This document shows positions 26,156 to 37,119 of a DNA stretch of 62,254 nt, in pieces. Source of the DNA: Candidatus Yanofskybacteria bacterium RIFCSPLOWO2_02_FULL_45_18 (GTDB lineage Bacteria; Patescibacteriota; Minisyncoccia; 2-02-FULL-40-12; GWA2-44-9); assembly GCA_001795795.1 (NCBI GenBank), contig MGKV01000007.1, positions 14,553 through 76,806 of the forward strand, given 5' to 3'. Every line of letters starts with the position of its first letter. Within the stretch, counting starts at the first letter, position 1. Below the pieces are notes generated by a model, which was not told the DNA's origin, searched no databases, and saw only the letters and a program-made list of their open reading frames with translations. A program made the position numbers and the translations under genes.

Positions 26156-27391
26156 ATGTCTCGTCCCCACACCATTACCGGCATAGACATCGGCAATACC
26201 CAAGTTAAGGTCGCTATTGCGCAAATAGATCGCGATGCTTTAAAGCCGGAAATTATCGGCACTGGATTAGCGTCCTCCAACGGCTTACGCCGCGGAATGG
26301 TGGTAGATATGGAGGAGTCGGTAGCTAACTTATCGACAGCTGTCCAAAGAGCCCAAGCTGTGGCCGGTGTGCCCATAAAGTCGGCTTATCTCGCGGTAAA
26401 CGGAGCGCACATACGGGTTCAAACTTCACGGGGAGTTATTGCAGTTTCCCGCGCTGACAACGAAATATCCCAAAACGATATTGACCGTGTCATTCAGGCC
26501 GCTTCGGCGGTGAGCTTGCCGGCTAACCGCGAAGTCATCCATGTTATACCGCGTAATTACATCATTGACGGCGTTGAGGCGGTTAAGAATCCTCTGGGTA
26601 TGCGGGGCGTGCGGCTGGAAGCGGAAGTGTTTATCATTGACGGCCTTTCGCCGTATTGCCGCAGTTTAATCCGCTGTGTAAACGAAAACGGCATTGAGGT
26701 CGCCGGGCTGGTTTACGCTCCGCTGGCATCAGCCCTTTCGGCGCTTGATAAAAGCCAGAAAGAATTCGGCGTCATGCATCTTGATTTTGGTGGCGGAACT
26801 TCCAGTATGACCGTATTTGAAGAAGCGGATCTTGTCCATAGCGCCTTTCTGCCGATAGGATCAAGGCACATTACGAATGACTTGGCGGTGGCTTTGCGCA
26901 CTTCTCTGGATGTGGCCGAGAGGATTAAGCTGGAACATTGTTCAACTTCTGAAATTGAGGATCTGCGGCGTAGGGAAAATGTTGACCTTAGCCAGCTTTT
27001 GTCCGAGGATAATTTTATTATCCCCAAGAAGCAACTGGTTAAGGTGGTGGACGCCAGAACTAACGAGTTGCTGGAGATGGTTACAAACGAACTGAAGAAG
27101 ATCGGCAAGCATGGCCTCTTGCCAGCGGGGGTGGTATTAAGCGGCGGCGGTTCAAATTTGCCCGGCTTTGCCGCTCTGGTAAAAGAAGTTTTGCGATTGC
27201 CGGTTAGGGTCGCCCGATCTTCGGATTCTGAAAAAATTTCTGATACGGCCTTTACTGTCGCTACGGGACTGATTCTCTGGGGGATGGAACAGGAGTTCAA
27301 CGGTTCAAAGCCGGGAGGTTATAGTGAAGCGGCATTTGGCGGCGACGGTATTAAAAAAATTACCGGCTGGCTTAAAAACTTTATGCCCTAA
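26156..27391 (+). CDS. ftsA: Cell division protein FtsA
   Basis: GIDIG, NPLGM.GVRLEA, DFGGGT, HITND; upstream of ftsZ. Confidence 0.95.
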   Translation: MSRPHTITGIDIGNTQVKVAIAQIDRDALKPEIIGTGLASSNGLRRGMVVDMEESVANLSTAVQRAQAVAGVPIKSAYLAVNGAHIRVQTSRGVIAVSRADNEISQNDIDRVIQAASAVSLPANREVIHVIPRNYIIDGVEAVKNPLGMRGVRLEAEVFIIDGLSPYCRSLIRCVNENGIEVAGLVYAPLASALSALDKSQKEFGVMHLDFGGGTSSMTVFEEADLVHSAFLPIGSRHITNDLAVALRTSLDVAERIKLEHCSTSEIEDLRRRENVDLSQLLSEDNFIIPKKQLVKVVDARTNELLEMVTNELKKIGKHGLLPAGVVLSGGGSNLPGFAALVKEVLRLPVRVARSSDSEKISDTAFTVATGLILWGMEQEFNGSKPGGYSEAAFGGDGIKKITGWLKNFMP

Positions 27392-27486
27392 AAAGAGATC
27401 TCTTTATCCATTCCGCCCACACATCAATGTAGGGGCGGGATTCCGAAGTTGCAATGTGTAGCTTGATTTGCAACTTCTCCACAGAT

Positions 27487-27495
27487 TTATCCACA
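27487..27495 (+). promoter_or_regulatory. Consensus DnaA box upstream of ftsZ
   Basis: TTATCCACA, preceded by near-match TTCTCCACA. Confidence 0.5.
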
Positions 27496-27648
27496 GGAAT
27501 AAAGGGCGTGCTTGCGTGCCTTTTTCTTTTATGATAAACCGTCATATACGGAAATTTTCAATTATCAGTTACCAATTTCTATTCAATTATCAATTGGCCA
27601 ATGTAATATTGTAAATTCGTTGGAAATTGTAAATTGTAAATTTGCGCC

Positions 27649-28818
27649 ATGGCTCAAATAAAACCCCCATTTGAAACATTTGCCAGAATAAAAGTTGTCG
27701 GAGCGGGCGGCTCGGGCGGCAACGCATTGGCTAGAATGATTGAAGCCAGAATTCATGGCGTTGAATTTATCGCCGTCAATACGGACGCCCAAGCGCTTCA
27801 TAATTCCAAGGCTTCCGCTAAAGTTCATATCGGCAAAAGCTTAACCAAGGGTTTGGGGGCGGGAATGAATCCGGAAGTGGGCCGACAGGCGGCGGAAGAC
27901 ACCAAGGAAGAAATACTTAATGCCCTAAAGGGCGCCGATATGGTTTTTATTACCTGTGGTTTGGGCGGCGGCACCGGCACCGGCGCCGCACCGATAATTG
28001 CCGATATCGCCAAAGATATCGGAGCGCTTACGGTAGCTGTGGTTACCAAGCCGTTTAGTTTTGAAGGCGCGCAAAGATCTCGGATTGCTGAAGATGGTTG
28101 GGCGATTTTGCGCGACAAAGTCGATTCTCTCATCACGATCCCCAATGACCGCATCCTTTCCATAATTGACCGTAAGACCCCGATGCTCGAAGCATTTGCG
28201 ATTGTTGACGATGTCTTAAGGCAGGGAGTTCAGGGAATTTCCGATCTTATTACCATTTCAGGAGTAATAAATGTTGACTTTGCCGATGTTAAAACGATTA
28301 TGACTAATTCGGGTTCGGCGCTTATGGGAATCGGACGGGCGACAGGCGATGACAGAGCGATTGAGGCGGCCAAAATGGCAATTAATTCTCCCCTGCTTGA
28401 AGTTTCAATTGACGGAGCCAAGGGGGTTTTATTCAATGTGTGCGGATCGCAGGATATGGCCATGGCCGAAATTAACGAAGCCGCTCGGGTGATTACCGAA
28501 CATATTGACCCCGATGCTAAGGTTATTTTCGGTGCCGTTGTTGACGATAGCATCAAAAAAGGCGAATTGAAGATTACCGTTGTTGCTACGGGATTTACTA
28601 ATGGCCATACACCCTCATCGCGCCCGACGCTTTCGGTAAGCCCTAATTTATTCAGCGACGCCGGTATTCGCCGGCCAACACCCCCTTTGTCAGGTATTCC
28701 GCCAGCTAATGCTGTTTCTGCGCTCGGCAACAACAAGGAAATTAAAGAATTTGTTGACTCTTCGGTGGGTGAAGACGATTTTGATATTCCAGCATTCATT
28801 AGGCGGAAGATGAAGTAA
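27649..28818 (+). CDS. ftsZ: Cell division protein FtsZ
   Basis: GGGTGTG, NVDFAD, C-terminal DIPAFIR. Confidence 0.98.
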   Translation: MAQIKPPFETFARIKVVGAGGSGGNALARMIEARIHGVEFIAVNTDAQALHNSKASAKVHIGKSLTKGLGAGMNPEVGRQAAEDTKEEILNALKGADMVFITCGLGGGTGTGAAPIIADIAKDIGALTVAVVTKPFSFEGAQRSRIAEDGWAILRDKVDSLITIPNDRILSIIDRKTPMLEAFAIVDDVLRQGVQGISDLITISGVINVDFADVKTIMTNSGSALMGIGRATGDDRAIEAAKMAINSPLLEVSIDGAKGVLFNVCGSQDMAMAEINEAARVITEHIDPDAKVIFGAVVDDSIKKGELKITVVATGFTNGHTPSSRPTLSVSPNLFSDAGIRRPTPPLSGIPPANAVSALGNNKEIKEFVDSSVGEDDFDIPAFIRRKMK

Positions 28819-28855
28819 AAAATCTGCCAGACGGCAGATTTTTTACTTCATCTTC
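28806..28855 (+). terminator. 23-bp-stem hairpin overlapping the ftsZ stop
   Basis: GAAGATGAAGTAAAAAATCTGCC-agac-GGCAGATTTTTTACTTCATCTTC. Confidence 0.75.
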
Positions 28856-28997
28856 TAATTGTCAACAATTTTTAGTCTTGCGTTGAACCGTCTTTTTGTT
28901 AGATTAAAAACAGTGCGAGCATCGGCTTAAAGTTACAATAGTTATATTTGGGTCTTAATCTAGTTCCGCCATAAAGCGGAATTAATTATGCTAAATC

Positions 28998-31829
28998 ATG
29001 GATAAAACATCTGATACATCCGAAAAAGAATTGCAATTACTACCGGAATACGCCGTTGGAATCCAGCCCATGTCGGGCGGCGATTTGGATAAGGCCGGTT
29101 TTAAGTGGCCGCGCCTTTTTGGTGCGGGCCATCCGTACGATGCGATAACTTGGGAAGAACGGACTGCCAAAATAGTCAAAAGCGACGGCGTTGTTGTTTT
29201 TGAACAGCACAATGTTGAGGTTCCCAATTTCTGGTCTCAAACGGCAACCGACATCGTCGCTTCAAAGTATTTCCGCGGCCGCCTAGATTCATCGGAAAGA
29301 GAAAAAAGCATTAAGCAAATGATTGACCGTGTGGCCACGAACATCGGCAAGTGGGGTTTCAGAGACGGTTACTTTGCTTCCAAAGAAGACGCGGTCAGCT
29401 TTATTTATGACTTGGAATGGATTTTGGTCAACCAATACGCCGCTTTTAACAGCCCGGTATGGTTCAATGTCGGTGTCCAACCCAAACCGCAATGCTCTGC
29501 CTGTTTTATCCTTTCGGTTGAAGACAACATGCAGTCAATTTTAGATTGGTATAAAGATGAGGGCTGGATATTCAAGTTTGGTTCCGGTTCGGGAGTGAAT
29601 GTTTCCAAACTGCGCTCATCCAAAGAGGCGCTTTCAAAAGGCGGCTATTCTTCCGGACCGGTTTCATTCATGAAAGGAGCCGACGGCGTGGCTAATTCCA
29701 TCCGTTCCGGCGGGACAACCCGCCGCGCCGCGAAGATGGTTGTTATGAATGCCGACCATCCAGATATTAAAAATTTTATTTATTCAAAAAAGATAATCGA
29801 AGACATGACCAAAGCATTGGAACGAGCCGGTTTCAAAGATTCTATTGAGGCCGACATTTTTGATCCTTATACCTTATTGCCATATCAGAATGCCAACAAC
29901 TCGGTACGGGTGACGGATGATTTTATGAAGGCGGTTGTTAACGACGAAATGTGGGAACTGAAAGCTGTTACAAATGGTGAGGCATTGGAAAGAATCAGGG
30001 CAAGAGAGTTGCTCAAATGGTGTGCCGATGCCGCTTGGCACTGCGCCGATCCGGGCATACAATACGATACCACTATCAATAGCTGGCACACTTGTTCCCG
30101 CACCGGTCGCATCAATGCTTCTAATCCCTGCAGTGAATACATGCATCTTGATAACAGCGCCTGCAACCTCGCCTCCATCAATTTGTTCAAATTTCTGAAA
30201 GAAGGCGGAAAGTTTGACGTGGATTTGTTCAAAAAAGTAGTGGACACAATGATATTGGCGCAGGATATTATTGTTGATAACTCCTCCTATCCAACCGAAA
30301 AGATTACTCAAAATGCCAAGGATTATCGTCAGCTGGGTTTGGGGTATGCTAATTTGGGAGCGTTGCTGATGGTGTTGGGAATGCCATATGATTCTGACGC
30401 TGGCCGATTGGTTGCTGGGCAAATAACCTCGCTTATGTGCGGGGAAGCTTACCGCATGTCTGCTCTGGTTGCCGACACAAAAGGGCCCTTTGCCGGATTT
30501 AAAACTAATGCTGAACCAATGCTCGGTGTCATTAAAAAACATTTGGACGAATCCGAAAATCTTTATTCCGCTTCGCAGGAATATGGCGTCGCCGACAAGT
30601 ATCTGCAGATTGCTTCGCGGCTAGTCTGGCATGATGCCCATGACTTGAGCCGCCGTAGCGGCGTCCGCAATTCGCAGGTTACGGTTTTGGCGCCGACGGG
30701 TACCATTTCTTTCCTGATGGACTGCCGCACTACCGGAATTGAACCGGAACTGGCCCTGGTCAAATACAAAAAACTTGTCGGCGGAGGAACGCTGAAGCTG
30801 GTTAATGATTTGATGCCTCTGGCCTTGCGTCGTTTGGGCTATAGCAACAAAGAGGTGGCTGACATTGAAGAATATCTTCTGGAAAAAGAAACCATTGAAG
30901 GCGCTCCGCATATCAAAGATGAACATCTGCCGGTTTTTGATTGTTCTTTCGTGGCCGCCAACGGCTCCAGAAGCATTGGTTATATGGGCCATATCAGAAT
31001 GATGGCCGCGGCTCAGCCATTTATTTCGGGCGCAATATCCAAAACCATCAACTTGCCCGGTAACGCCACGGTTGAAGATGTGGAAAATGTTTTTATTGAA
31101 TCATGGAAGCTGGGGTTGAAGGCCATTGCTATCTATCGCGACGGTTGCAAGTCAATTCAACCGCTCAATCTTTCCAAAGACGACAAAAAAAGCGAAGCGG
31201 ACAGCCCGCTGATAGAAAGGTTCAATGGCTACAAGCGCGTTAAACTTCCGGACGAACGACCGGCTGTGACTCACAAATTCTCCGTAGGCGGTTATGAGGG
31301 TTATATGACGGTTGGCTTTTATCCCGATACTCACAAGCCCGGCGAGACCTTTTTGGTGGCGGCCAAAGAAGGCAGTACTGTTTCGGGTTTGCTGGACACC
31401 ATTGCGACGCTGGTTTCAATGTGTTTGCAGTCGGGCATTCCGCTCAAAACTTTGGTCAAAAAGTTCAAGGACCTGCGTTTTGACCCGGCTGGCTTTACCA
31501 ACAATCCCGAGATTCCCATGGCCAAGTCCATCATTGATTATATGTTTCGTTATCTAGGCGTTAAGTTTTTAAGCGCTGAAGACAAAGCCGAGATATTTGG
31601 GCCTGCCGATGCCGAAGCTTCTAATAATGAAGTGAAAGCAACCATGGTTATGTCACAAGAATTCCATACGACCGCTAACGGTGGCGGTAAAAATAAAATG
31701 GACAAAACTTTACCGCACGCTTCTGGCCAAGCCGATGCCCCAGTGTGTCAATGCGGGACGCTGATGGTTAGAGCGGGGTCTTGCTATTCCTGCCCCAATT
31801 GCTTTGCGACTACCGGCGTCTGCAATTAA
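28998..31829 (+). CDS. nrdJ: Class II (B12-dependent) ribonucleotide reductase
   Basis: FNSPVWFN, QCSACF, ASNPCSE, APTGTISF, C-terminal CQCG...CYSCPNC. Confidence 0.95.
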   Translation: MDKTSDTSEKELQLLPEYAVGIQPMSGGDLDKAGFKWPRLFGAGHPYDAITWEERTAKIVKSDGVVVFEQHNVEVPNFWSQTATDIVASKYFRGRLDSSEREKSIKQMIDRVATNIGKWGFRDGYFASKEDAVSFIYDLEWILVNQYAAFNSPVWFNVGVQPKPQCSACFILSVEDNMQSILDWYKDEGWIFKFGSGSGVNVSKLRSSKEALSKGGYSSGPVSFMKGADGVANSIRSGGTTRRAAKMVVMNADHPDIKNFIYSKKIIEDMTKALERAGFKDSIEADIFDPYTLLPYQNANNSVRVTDDFMKAVVNDEMWELKAVTNGEALERIRARELLKWCADAAWHCADPGIQYDTTINSWHTCSRTGRINASNPCSEYMHLDNSACNLASINLFKFLKEGGKFDVDLFKKVVDTMILAQDIIVDNSSYPTEKITQNAKDYRQLGLGYANLGALLMVLGMPYDSDAGRLVAGQITSLMCGEAYRMSALVADTKGPFAGFKTNAEPMLGVIKKHLDESENLYSASQEYGVADKYLQIASRLVWHDAHDLSRRSGVRNSQVTVLAPTGTISFLMDCRTTGIEPELALVKYKKLVGGGTLKLVNDLMPLALRRLGYSNKEVADIEEYLLEKETIEGAPHIKDEHLPVFDCSFVAANGSRSIGYMGHIRMMAAAQPFISGAISKTINLPGNATVEDVENVFIESWKLGLKAIAIYRDGCKSIQPLNLSKDDKKSEADSPLIERFNGYKRVKLPDERPAVTHKFSVGGYEGYMTVGFYPDTHKPGETFLVAAKEGSTVSGLLDTIATLVSMCLQSGIPLKTLVKKFKDLRFDPAGFTNNPEIPMAKSIIDYMFRYLGVKFLSAEDKAEIFGPADAEASNNEVKATMVMSQEFHTTANGGGKNKMDKTLPHASGQADAPVCQCGTLMVRAGSCYSCPNCFATTGVCN

Positions 31830-32190
31830 CTCTTGTTGTGAAAAATAACTGGTTTGGTGTAAGGTGTCAGTAGTTTGTCGGAGGAGAAATGAGTTACAAA
31901 GAATATGACATTGAAAATCGGTTTGTTGAGAAGTTCGGTATTTCATTCCATTTAATCAAAGTTGAGGATAGACAAGGGACGTTTTTTGCATATCCCAACG
32001 GAATTACAAACAAAAGAACAGTTTGAATATTTTGAGAATATGGCCAAGGAGATAGAATCGCTTTTGGGCCTGTTTGGTGGGGACGAGGATTGATCGGGAT
32101 GGGCAGAAAGATTTTTTCAAAAAGCATAACTATCCGCGGTAGACGCATGTCTGCCGTTTTTGTTAGATTTATTTATTAGATTTGTTAAAA

Positions 32191-32232
32191 CCTGTCCCCT
32201 ATTTTCAGCATATGCTGAAAATAGGGGACAGG
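32191..32232. repeat. Perfect 42-bp palindrome
   Basis: CCTGTCCCCTATTTTCAGCAT|ATGCTGAAAATAGGGGACAGG. Confidence 0.85.
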
Positions 32233-32318
32233 GTGATACCGCTCCTTCTTATCAAAAAGCGAGGTGATGATTTGACGGCAGAGGAATTTTTGTTATTCTG
32301 CCGGAGAGGAGTTTAAGC

Positions 32319-32930
32319 ATGGAAAAATGGCAGAAATGGTTCCGTGACGTGAATGAAAGAAGGGTCTGTTCTTTGCAAATAAAACTTCCTGAAGGCATAT
32401 TCAAAATATTCTTTGGCGATTCGGATACACCCGAAACGCGCCAGCGGCTATTACGGACATTGGTCAATCCACTTATGGAGCAGTATCTGGAAGTTGCCGG
32501 CCAGCTCCTGTGTTCCGGCGATGCCGCTTATGCCCATTTTTCTAAAATAATGGACGCTATGGGCGGAACGGTTATTGCCATGAGTCCGGAAAACCAAGCC
32601 AATATTGAGTCCCCATCCGATGACTTTACAGTATTCGCAAGCATCCCGACTAACAAAGAAAATGAGGACAGTCCCACGATTGACGTAACGCTTAATGTCC
32701 CCCGTGACTTTGTCAAAAAAATTGTTTTTGACGATACCCATGTCGGGCGGGCGATGTGGAGTGTTGAGTGCGAACCGCTACTTCAGGCATTCGGCGGTAT
32801 TATGGGGATTCTGCTGACCTCGGGAAATTTTAAAGTGCATGCCGAACGGCTATTCGAACTTCTTGCCGAATTCGGCAAAGCTGTTGTAGAAGCCAACAAA
32901 GAATCCCCCCACCCAGTTCATGTCCAATAA
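32319..32930 (+). CDS. Hypothetical protein
   Basis: 203 codons, GAGGAG RBS, hairpin plus U-run after stop. Confidence 0.75.
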   Translation: MEKWQKWFRDVNERRVCSLQIKLPEGIFKIFFGDSDTPETRQRLLRTLVNPLMEQYLEVAGQLLCSGDAAYAHFSKIMDAMGGTVIAMSPENQANIESPSDDFTVFASIPTNKENEDSPTIDVTLNVPRDFVKKIVFDDTHVGRAMWSVECEPLLQAFGGIMGILLTSGNFKVHAERLFELLAEFGKAVVEANKESPHPVHVQ

Positions 32931-33029
32931 GAGCCCCCGGCTCTTTTTGTTTTTATTTTGCAAGAAAATGAACCAAATTTGACAGCTAGACAAAATTGAC
33001 TTACTGTTTTATTAAATTAGGAGGATAAA

Positions 33030-33347
33030 ATGTATTTTGGAAATTCGTTTACAGCTAGAGATAATAAAGGCGAAGCGGTGGAAATCATGCATTGTTGCCA
33101 TTGCCCCGGCCAGGTTAATTTGTGTATTGGCGACGAATGGCGGATATTTTGCCCGTCTTGCCGGCGCTACAACGGCGCTGGCCTGCCCAAATGGGTGATG
33201 TGTTGCAACGATTGCCAGAAACCGTTGGCAGTATCGCCAGTGATTATGGGGGGCGAAGTTAAGTACGGCAGTTATTGCCTTAACTGTGGCTTTGCGCCGT
33301 CAATGCAGGACAAATGTTTTAATAATCACCCGAGTTTAGTTGGGTGA
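33030..33347 (+). CDS. Cys-rich putative multi-zinc-ribbon protein
   Basis: AGGAGG RBS; CCHC, CPSC, CNDC, CLNC. Confidence 0.7.
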   Translation: MYFGNSFTARDNKGEAVEIMHCCHCPGQVNLCIGDEWRIFCPSCRRYNGAGLPKWVMCCNDCQKPLAVSPVIMGGEVKYGSYCLNCGFAPSMQDKCFNNHPSLVG

Positions 33348-33618
33348 GTATGGCAAAAGACGAGGATTCGGAGTCAAAGACGTAGATAAGCTGGGTCTAT
33401 CAGCATCGGGATACGCGTAGCGTATCCTTTTTTTGGCTGGTCTTGGTTTATTTTCAGCACTTTTCAGTGAGCCGCAAGGCTCTTTTTTATTTCCTAAAAT
33501 TTTGATAGTTTCTTTGAATGCATACCAGGTAGTAGAAGTTCCAGATGATTTTTACTATCTTTTCGCGGACTATTTTTTACCACAAAATACGAGCGCCTTT
33601 AGTCTACAGGTTAAAATA

Positions 33619-34809
33619 ATGGAAAATCATAAAAAGATAACTGGAACTTTCACTACCTGGCATAAGTCGCAGGTATTGTTTTATCTATTGATAGCTTTTA
33701 TTGCCGGAGTTTTTGCGGCGTCGGCCGTGGGGGTTTCAGCGATTGAAATTTCGGCATTGCTGATTTTTGGTTTGGTGGTTTTAATTTTTTCAAAACGAAG
33801 AGCTGATATCTTGCTGGCTGGCTTTCTGGTTTTAACTTTTGTTTTTGGCGCGGCGCGGTTTAACCATGCAGATTTGCCAGTCGAACAGGAAAGTCAACCA
33901 TCCGGCATCGCGGTTCTCAATATTTTAAGCTCCAAGTTTCAAGAGTCAGTTAACCAATCCATCCCCGAACCCAATGCTTCATATATCAACGGCATTCTTT
34001 TGGGCGCGCGGCAGAGTATTCCCAAAGATTTAAAAGAGGTCTTCAACCGCACCAGCACCACCCACATCCTCGCTATCTCTGGCTACAACATTACCGTCAT
34101 CGCTGATGCGGTTTTGGCGGGATTGGTATTCTGTATGCGGCGACGCTACGCTTTTTGGGTTTCGGTGGTGGTTATAATTTTATTCACTCTTTTGACTGGC
34201 GCTTCTGCGTCGGTAGTGCGGGCGGCGATAATGGGGCTTTTGTTTTTGTTTGCTTCCGGCTACGGCCGGTTGTATGACGCTAAAAATTCCATAGTTCTGG
34301 CCGGAGCAGTAATGATATATTTTAATCCGCGTGTCCTTGTCTTTAATATCGGATTTCAGCTGTCTTTTCTTGCGGTCTTGGGTCTTCTGTATATTTATCC
34401 GGTCCTCAAACACCTGACAATCAAGTGGCCGGACATATTTGAACTTAAAGAGCTGGCGCTAATGACGGTTTCGGCTCAAATTGCTGTCGCGCCGCTACTG
34501 GCCCATTATTTTAGACAATTTTCACTGGTTTCTCTGCCGGCGAATATATTGGTTTTGCCGTTTGTGCCGGCGGTAATGCTGTTGGGATTTTTGTCGGGGC
34601 TGGGCGGATTGATTTTTCTGCCGCTGGGCCAGCTTATCGGTTATGTTGCTTGGGCGCTGTCGCTCTATCAAATCAAAGTTATTCAGTTTTTGGCGGCCTT
34701 GCCGCTGGCATCGTTAAGTTTTTCTTTTGATTGGCTGTTGGTGGCGCTGGCTTGTGCGCTTTTGATATTCGCGGCATATAAGTTAAAAAATAAATATGAA
34801 ACAATCTAA
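33619..34809 (+). CDS. comEC: ComEC/Rec2 competence channel (membrane part)
   Basis: GILLG, THILAISGYN, SVVRAAIM, GFQLSF. Confidence 0.92.
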   Translation: MENHKKITGTFTTWHKSQVLFYLLIAFIAGVFAASAVGVSAIEISALLIFGLVVLIFSKRRADILLAGFLVLTFVFGAARFNHADLPVEQESQPSGIAVLNILSSKFQESVNQSIPEPNASYINGILLGARQSIPKDLKEVFNRTSTTHILAISGYNITVIADAVLAGLVFCMRRRYAFWVSVVVIILFTLLTGASASVVRAAIMGLLFLFASGYGRLYDAKNSIVLAGAVMIYFNPRVLVFNIGFQLSFLAVLGLLYIYPVLKHLTIKWPDIFELKELALMTVSAQIAVAPLLAHYFRQFSLVSLPANILVLPFVPAVMLLGFLSGLGGLIFLPLGQLIGYVAWALSLYQIKVIQFLAALPLASLSFSFDWLLVALACALLIFAAYKLKNKYETI

Positions 34810-35665
34810 GCAATTAAATTTAATTCACATAATAATCCTGATAGTTCTGGGGGTGCTGGCTTTAAACACCAGTCGCGCGGCGGGGGAGAAAGATGGCCTT
34901 TTGAAAGTTTATTTTCTGGATGTCGGGCAGGGGGATTCCATTTTTATTGAAGCGCCCAACGGCAATCAGGTTTTAGTTGACGGCGGGCCGGACGACAAGG
35001 TTTTGAGCGAACTCGGCAAAATTGTGCCATTTTACGACCATGATATTGACGCGGTCGTTGCCACGCATCCGCACGCCGACCATATTGCCGGACTTGTCGG
35101 CGTTTTGGAGCATTATCAAGTCGGCAAAATTATTGAAGCCAAAGAAGAGTACGATTCGGCGACGTATCGTGCGTGGGAGAAAGCAATCCAAGAGGAAAAC
35201 GCGGAAATCATTGAAGCTCTTGGCGGCAAAGTGCTGGACTTGGGAAATGGCGTAACCGTTACGTTGTTGTATCCGCTCGCGTCTGTTGCCGGCACCACCA
35301 CTAACAGACCTCATGATGACGCGGTTGTGGCAATGTTAAAATATAGTGATTTCAAGGTTTTGTTGACTGGCGATATGGAGGTAAAAACTGAAGAAGAATT
35401 GCTTATCCGGGGCGTTGATGTGGATGCCGATATTTTGAAGGTCGGCCATCATGGCTCCAAGACTTCTTCCGGCGGAAAGTTCTTGTCTGCGGTTTCGCCG
35501 CAACTGGCCGTAATACAGGTGGGCGCGCGTAACCGCTACCGCCACCCTTCGCCGGAAACAATCTCAAGGTTGACAGCTAATGGCATAAGGTATTATCGTA
35601 ATGATACCGACGGCACCGTGGAGATATTAAGCGATGGCCAAAACTACCAAGTCAAAAAATATTAA
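34796..35665 (+). CDS. ComEC-associated metallo-beta-lactamase-fold nuclease (separate gene)
   Basis: FLDVGQGD, THPHADHIAG, LLTGD, KVGHHGS. Confidence 0.92.
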   Translation: MKQSKQLNLIHIIILIVLGVLALNTSRAAGEKDGLLKVYFLDVGQGDSIFIEAPNGNQVLVDGGPDDKVLSELGKIVPFYDHDIDAVVATHPHADHIAGLVGVLEHYQVGKIIEAKEEYDSATYRAWEKAIQEENAEIIEALGGKVLDLGNGVTVTLLYPLASVAGTTTNRPHDDAVVAMLKYSDFKVLLTGDMEVKTEEELLIRGVDVDADILKVGHHGSKTSSGGKFLSAVSPQLAVIQVGARNRYRHPSPETISRLTANGIRYYRNDTDGTVEILSDGQNYQVKKY

Positions 35666-36170
35666 ATCAGCTCTTGAACGGACTCTGGTGCTATTAAAAC
35701 CGGACGCTTTGGACCGCGGCATAATGGGCGAAATTATTTCTCGTTTTGAGAAGATTGGCGCAAAATTTGTCGGCATGAAGATGTTAGTGTCAGACAAGGA
35801 TACGGCTAAGTTGCATTATACCGATGACTTAGCCAAAAGGCGCGGAGAGAAAGTCAGGAAAATGATGATTGAAATGCTGATTTCCGGCCCGATTGTTGCC
35901 GTTGTATTAGAAGGCATTGACATTATTGAGGTTGTCAGAAAGATGGTTGGAGCAACCGAGCCCAAAGCGGCTTTGCCTGGCACGATTCGCGGCGATTTTG
36001 CCCACATCTCGTATCGTTATGCTGACGAAAAAAGCATTGGAATATTCAATCTTATCCACGCTTCAGATTCTCCGGAATCGGCTAAATCCGAAATTGCCGT
36101 CTGGTTCAAACCGGAAGAGTTGGTTAGCCACAAACCGGGCTATACCAAAATGACCCTGCGCGAGGACTAG
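35634..36170 (+). CDS. ndk: Nucleoside diphosphate kinase
   Basis: ERTLVLLKPD, PGTIRGDF, NLIHASDS. Confidence 0.95.
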   Translation: MAKTTKSKNIKSALERTLVLLKPDALDRGIMGEIISRFEKIGAKFVGMKMLVSDKDTAKLHYTDDLAKRRGEKVRKMMIEMLISGPIVAVVLEGIDIIEVVRKMVGATEPKAALPGTIRGDFAHISYRYADEKSIGIFNLIHASDSPESAKSEIAVWFKPEELVSHKPGYTKMTLRED

Positions 36171-36412
36171 TTTTGAGATTTGATTTTTGAAATTTGAGTT
36201 TTATAATTAAGGTAGGCCTTTCGATATTTGTAAGCCTTAGGATATCATTTTCTCTAGGGAGCTCTAATTATGCGGTTCCAAGGAGGCCATTGCTTTGCGG
36301 CTATGATTTCCAACGGATTGCACTGCGGCTCCATCATTTGCAAAATGCTAGGCGCTTATTAAATATCGGGGGGCTTTTAAATTTCGTAAAAACAAACCCC
36401 CTGAATGGGGGC

Positions 36413-36970
36413 TTATGCGAAACATAATATTAGAGCGGCCTTCGCGCTGTTTACGGCGATGAATATCCAGAAATTGATTTTGAGAAGTTTTCCGGCGACA
36501 ACGGAAGCGGTATCAATTCCCGGTATTACGGGGAAAATAAAAGGGATGAATATAATATAGCGGCCGTAATGGCTGATTAGAAATTTAAGCCAGCGGTCAA
36601 CAATGCCGGCAAGCTTGTCGGCTAGCGAGGTTTGCTTGAATAGTTTTTGGCCGCCAGCGGTTCCCAGCCACGTAAGAACCGTCATAAGCGTAGTGAAAGA
36701 CCAATAGGTCAAAAATATCTCAACCGCAGGCCAACTCTCGTGCGATGCCAGAATCACAAAAAGTTCAGGACGAAAATAGAGAAAAGGATAGGTGTTCGCT
36801 CGGGCTTTGATGGCGGCGGAAAGATTAAAGTTAAAAACCCTGTCAATAAGATTTGCTCCCGACAAAATCCCTATGGCCAAAATGCGTGGGACGGCCCAGT
36901 AGATGATTAAACACGCCAAAATTATAAATACGGCAACTTTTATAATTTCCCAAGATCTTGTTGCGGTCAT
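36413..36970 (-). CDS. Integral membrane hypothetical protein
   Basis: Several TM helices; AGGA RBS upstream on minus strand. Confidence 0.65.
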   Translation of the reverse strand: MTATRSWEIIKVAVFIILACLIIYWAVPRILAIGILSGANLIDRVFNFNLSAAIKARANTYPFLYFRPELFVILASHESWPAVEIFLTYWSFTTLMTVLTWLGTAGGQKLFKQTSLADKLAGIVDRWLKFLISHYGRYIIFIPFIFPVIPGIDTASVVAGKLLKINFWIFIAVNSAKAALILCFA

Positions 36971-37119
36971 TGCGTCCTCTTAAATTGTTGCGGTGCTGGC
37001 TATGATATGCTCTCAAATTACTCAAGCGTCAAGGGTGGATAAGTTTTGTTGACTGTTCCTGCCGGAGTGGAATAATTGACGGAAGATAAAGCACTTTCAA
37101 AACACAGAATGGAGAGCGT

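Noticed and set aside
27475..27496. oriC at the DnaA boxes
   Set aside because: Only two boxes, no dnaA nearby, and no change in gene orientation.
28900..28997. NrdR box or cobalamin riboswitch before nrdJ
   Set aside because: No convincing consensus match; the region is short and AT-rich.
26713..30542. Long antisense ORFs opposite ftsA, ftsZ and nrdJ
   Set aside because: Shadows of codon bias in well-supported plus-strand genes.
36194..36427. 77-aa ORF after ndk and 84-aa ORF at 31894-32148
   Set aside because: No RBS or motif; cannot be supported as genes.
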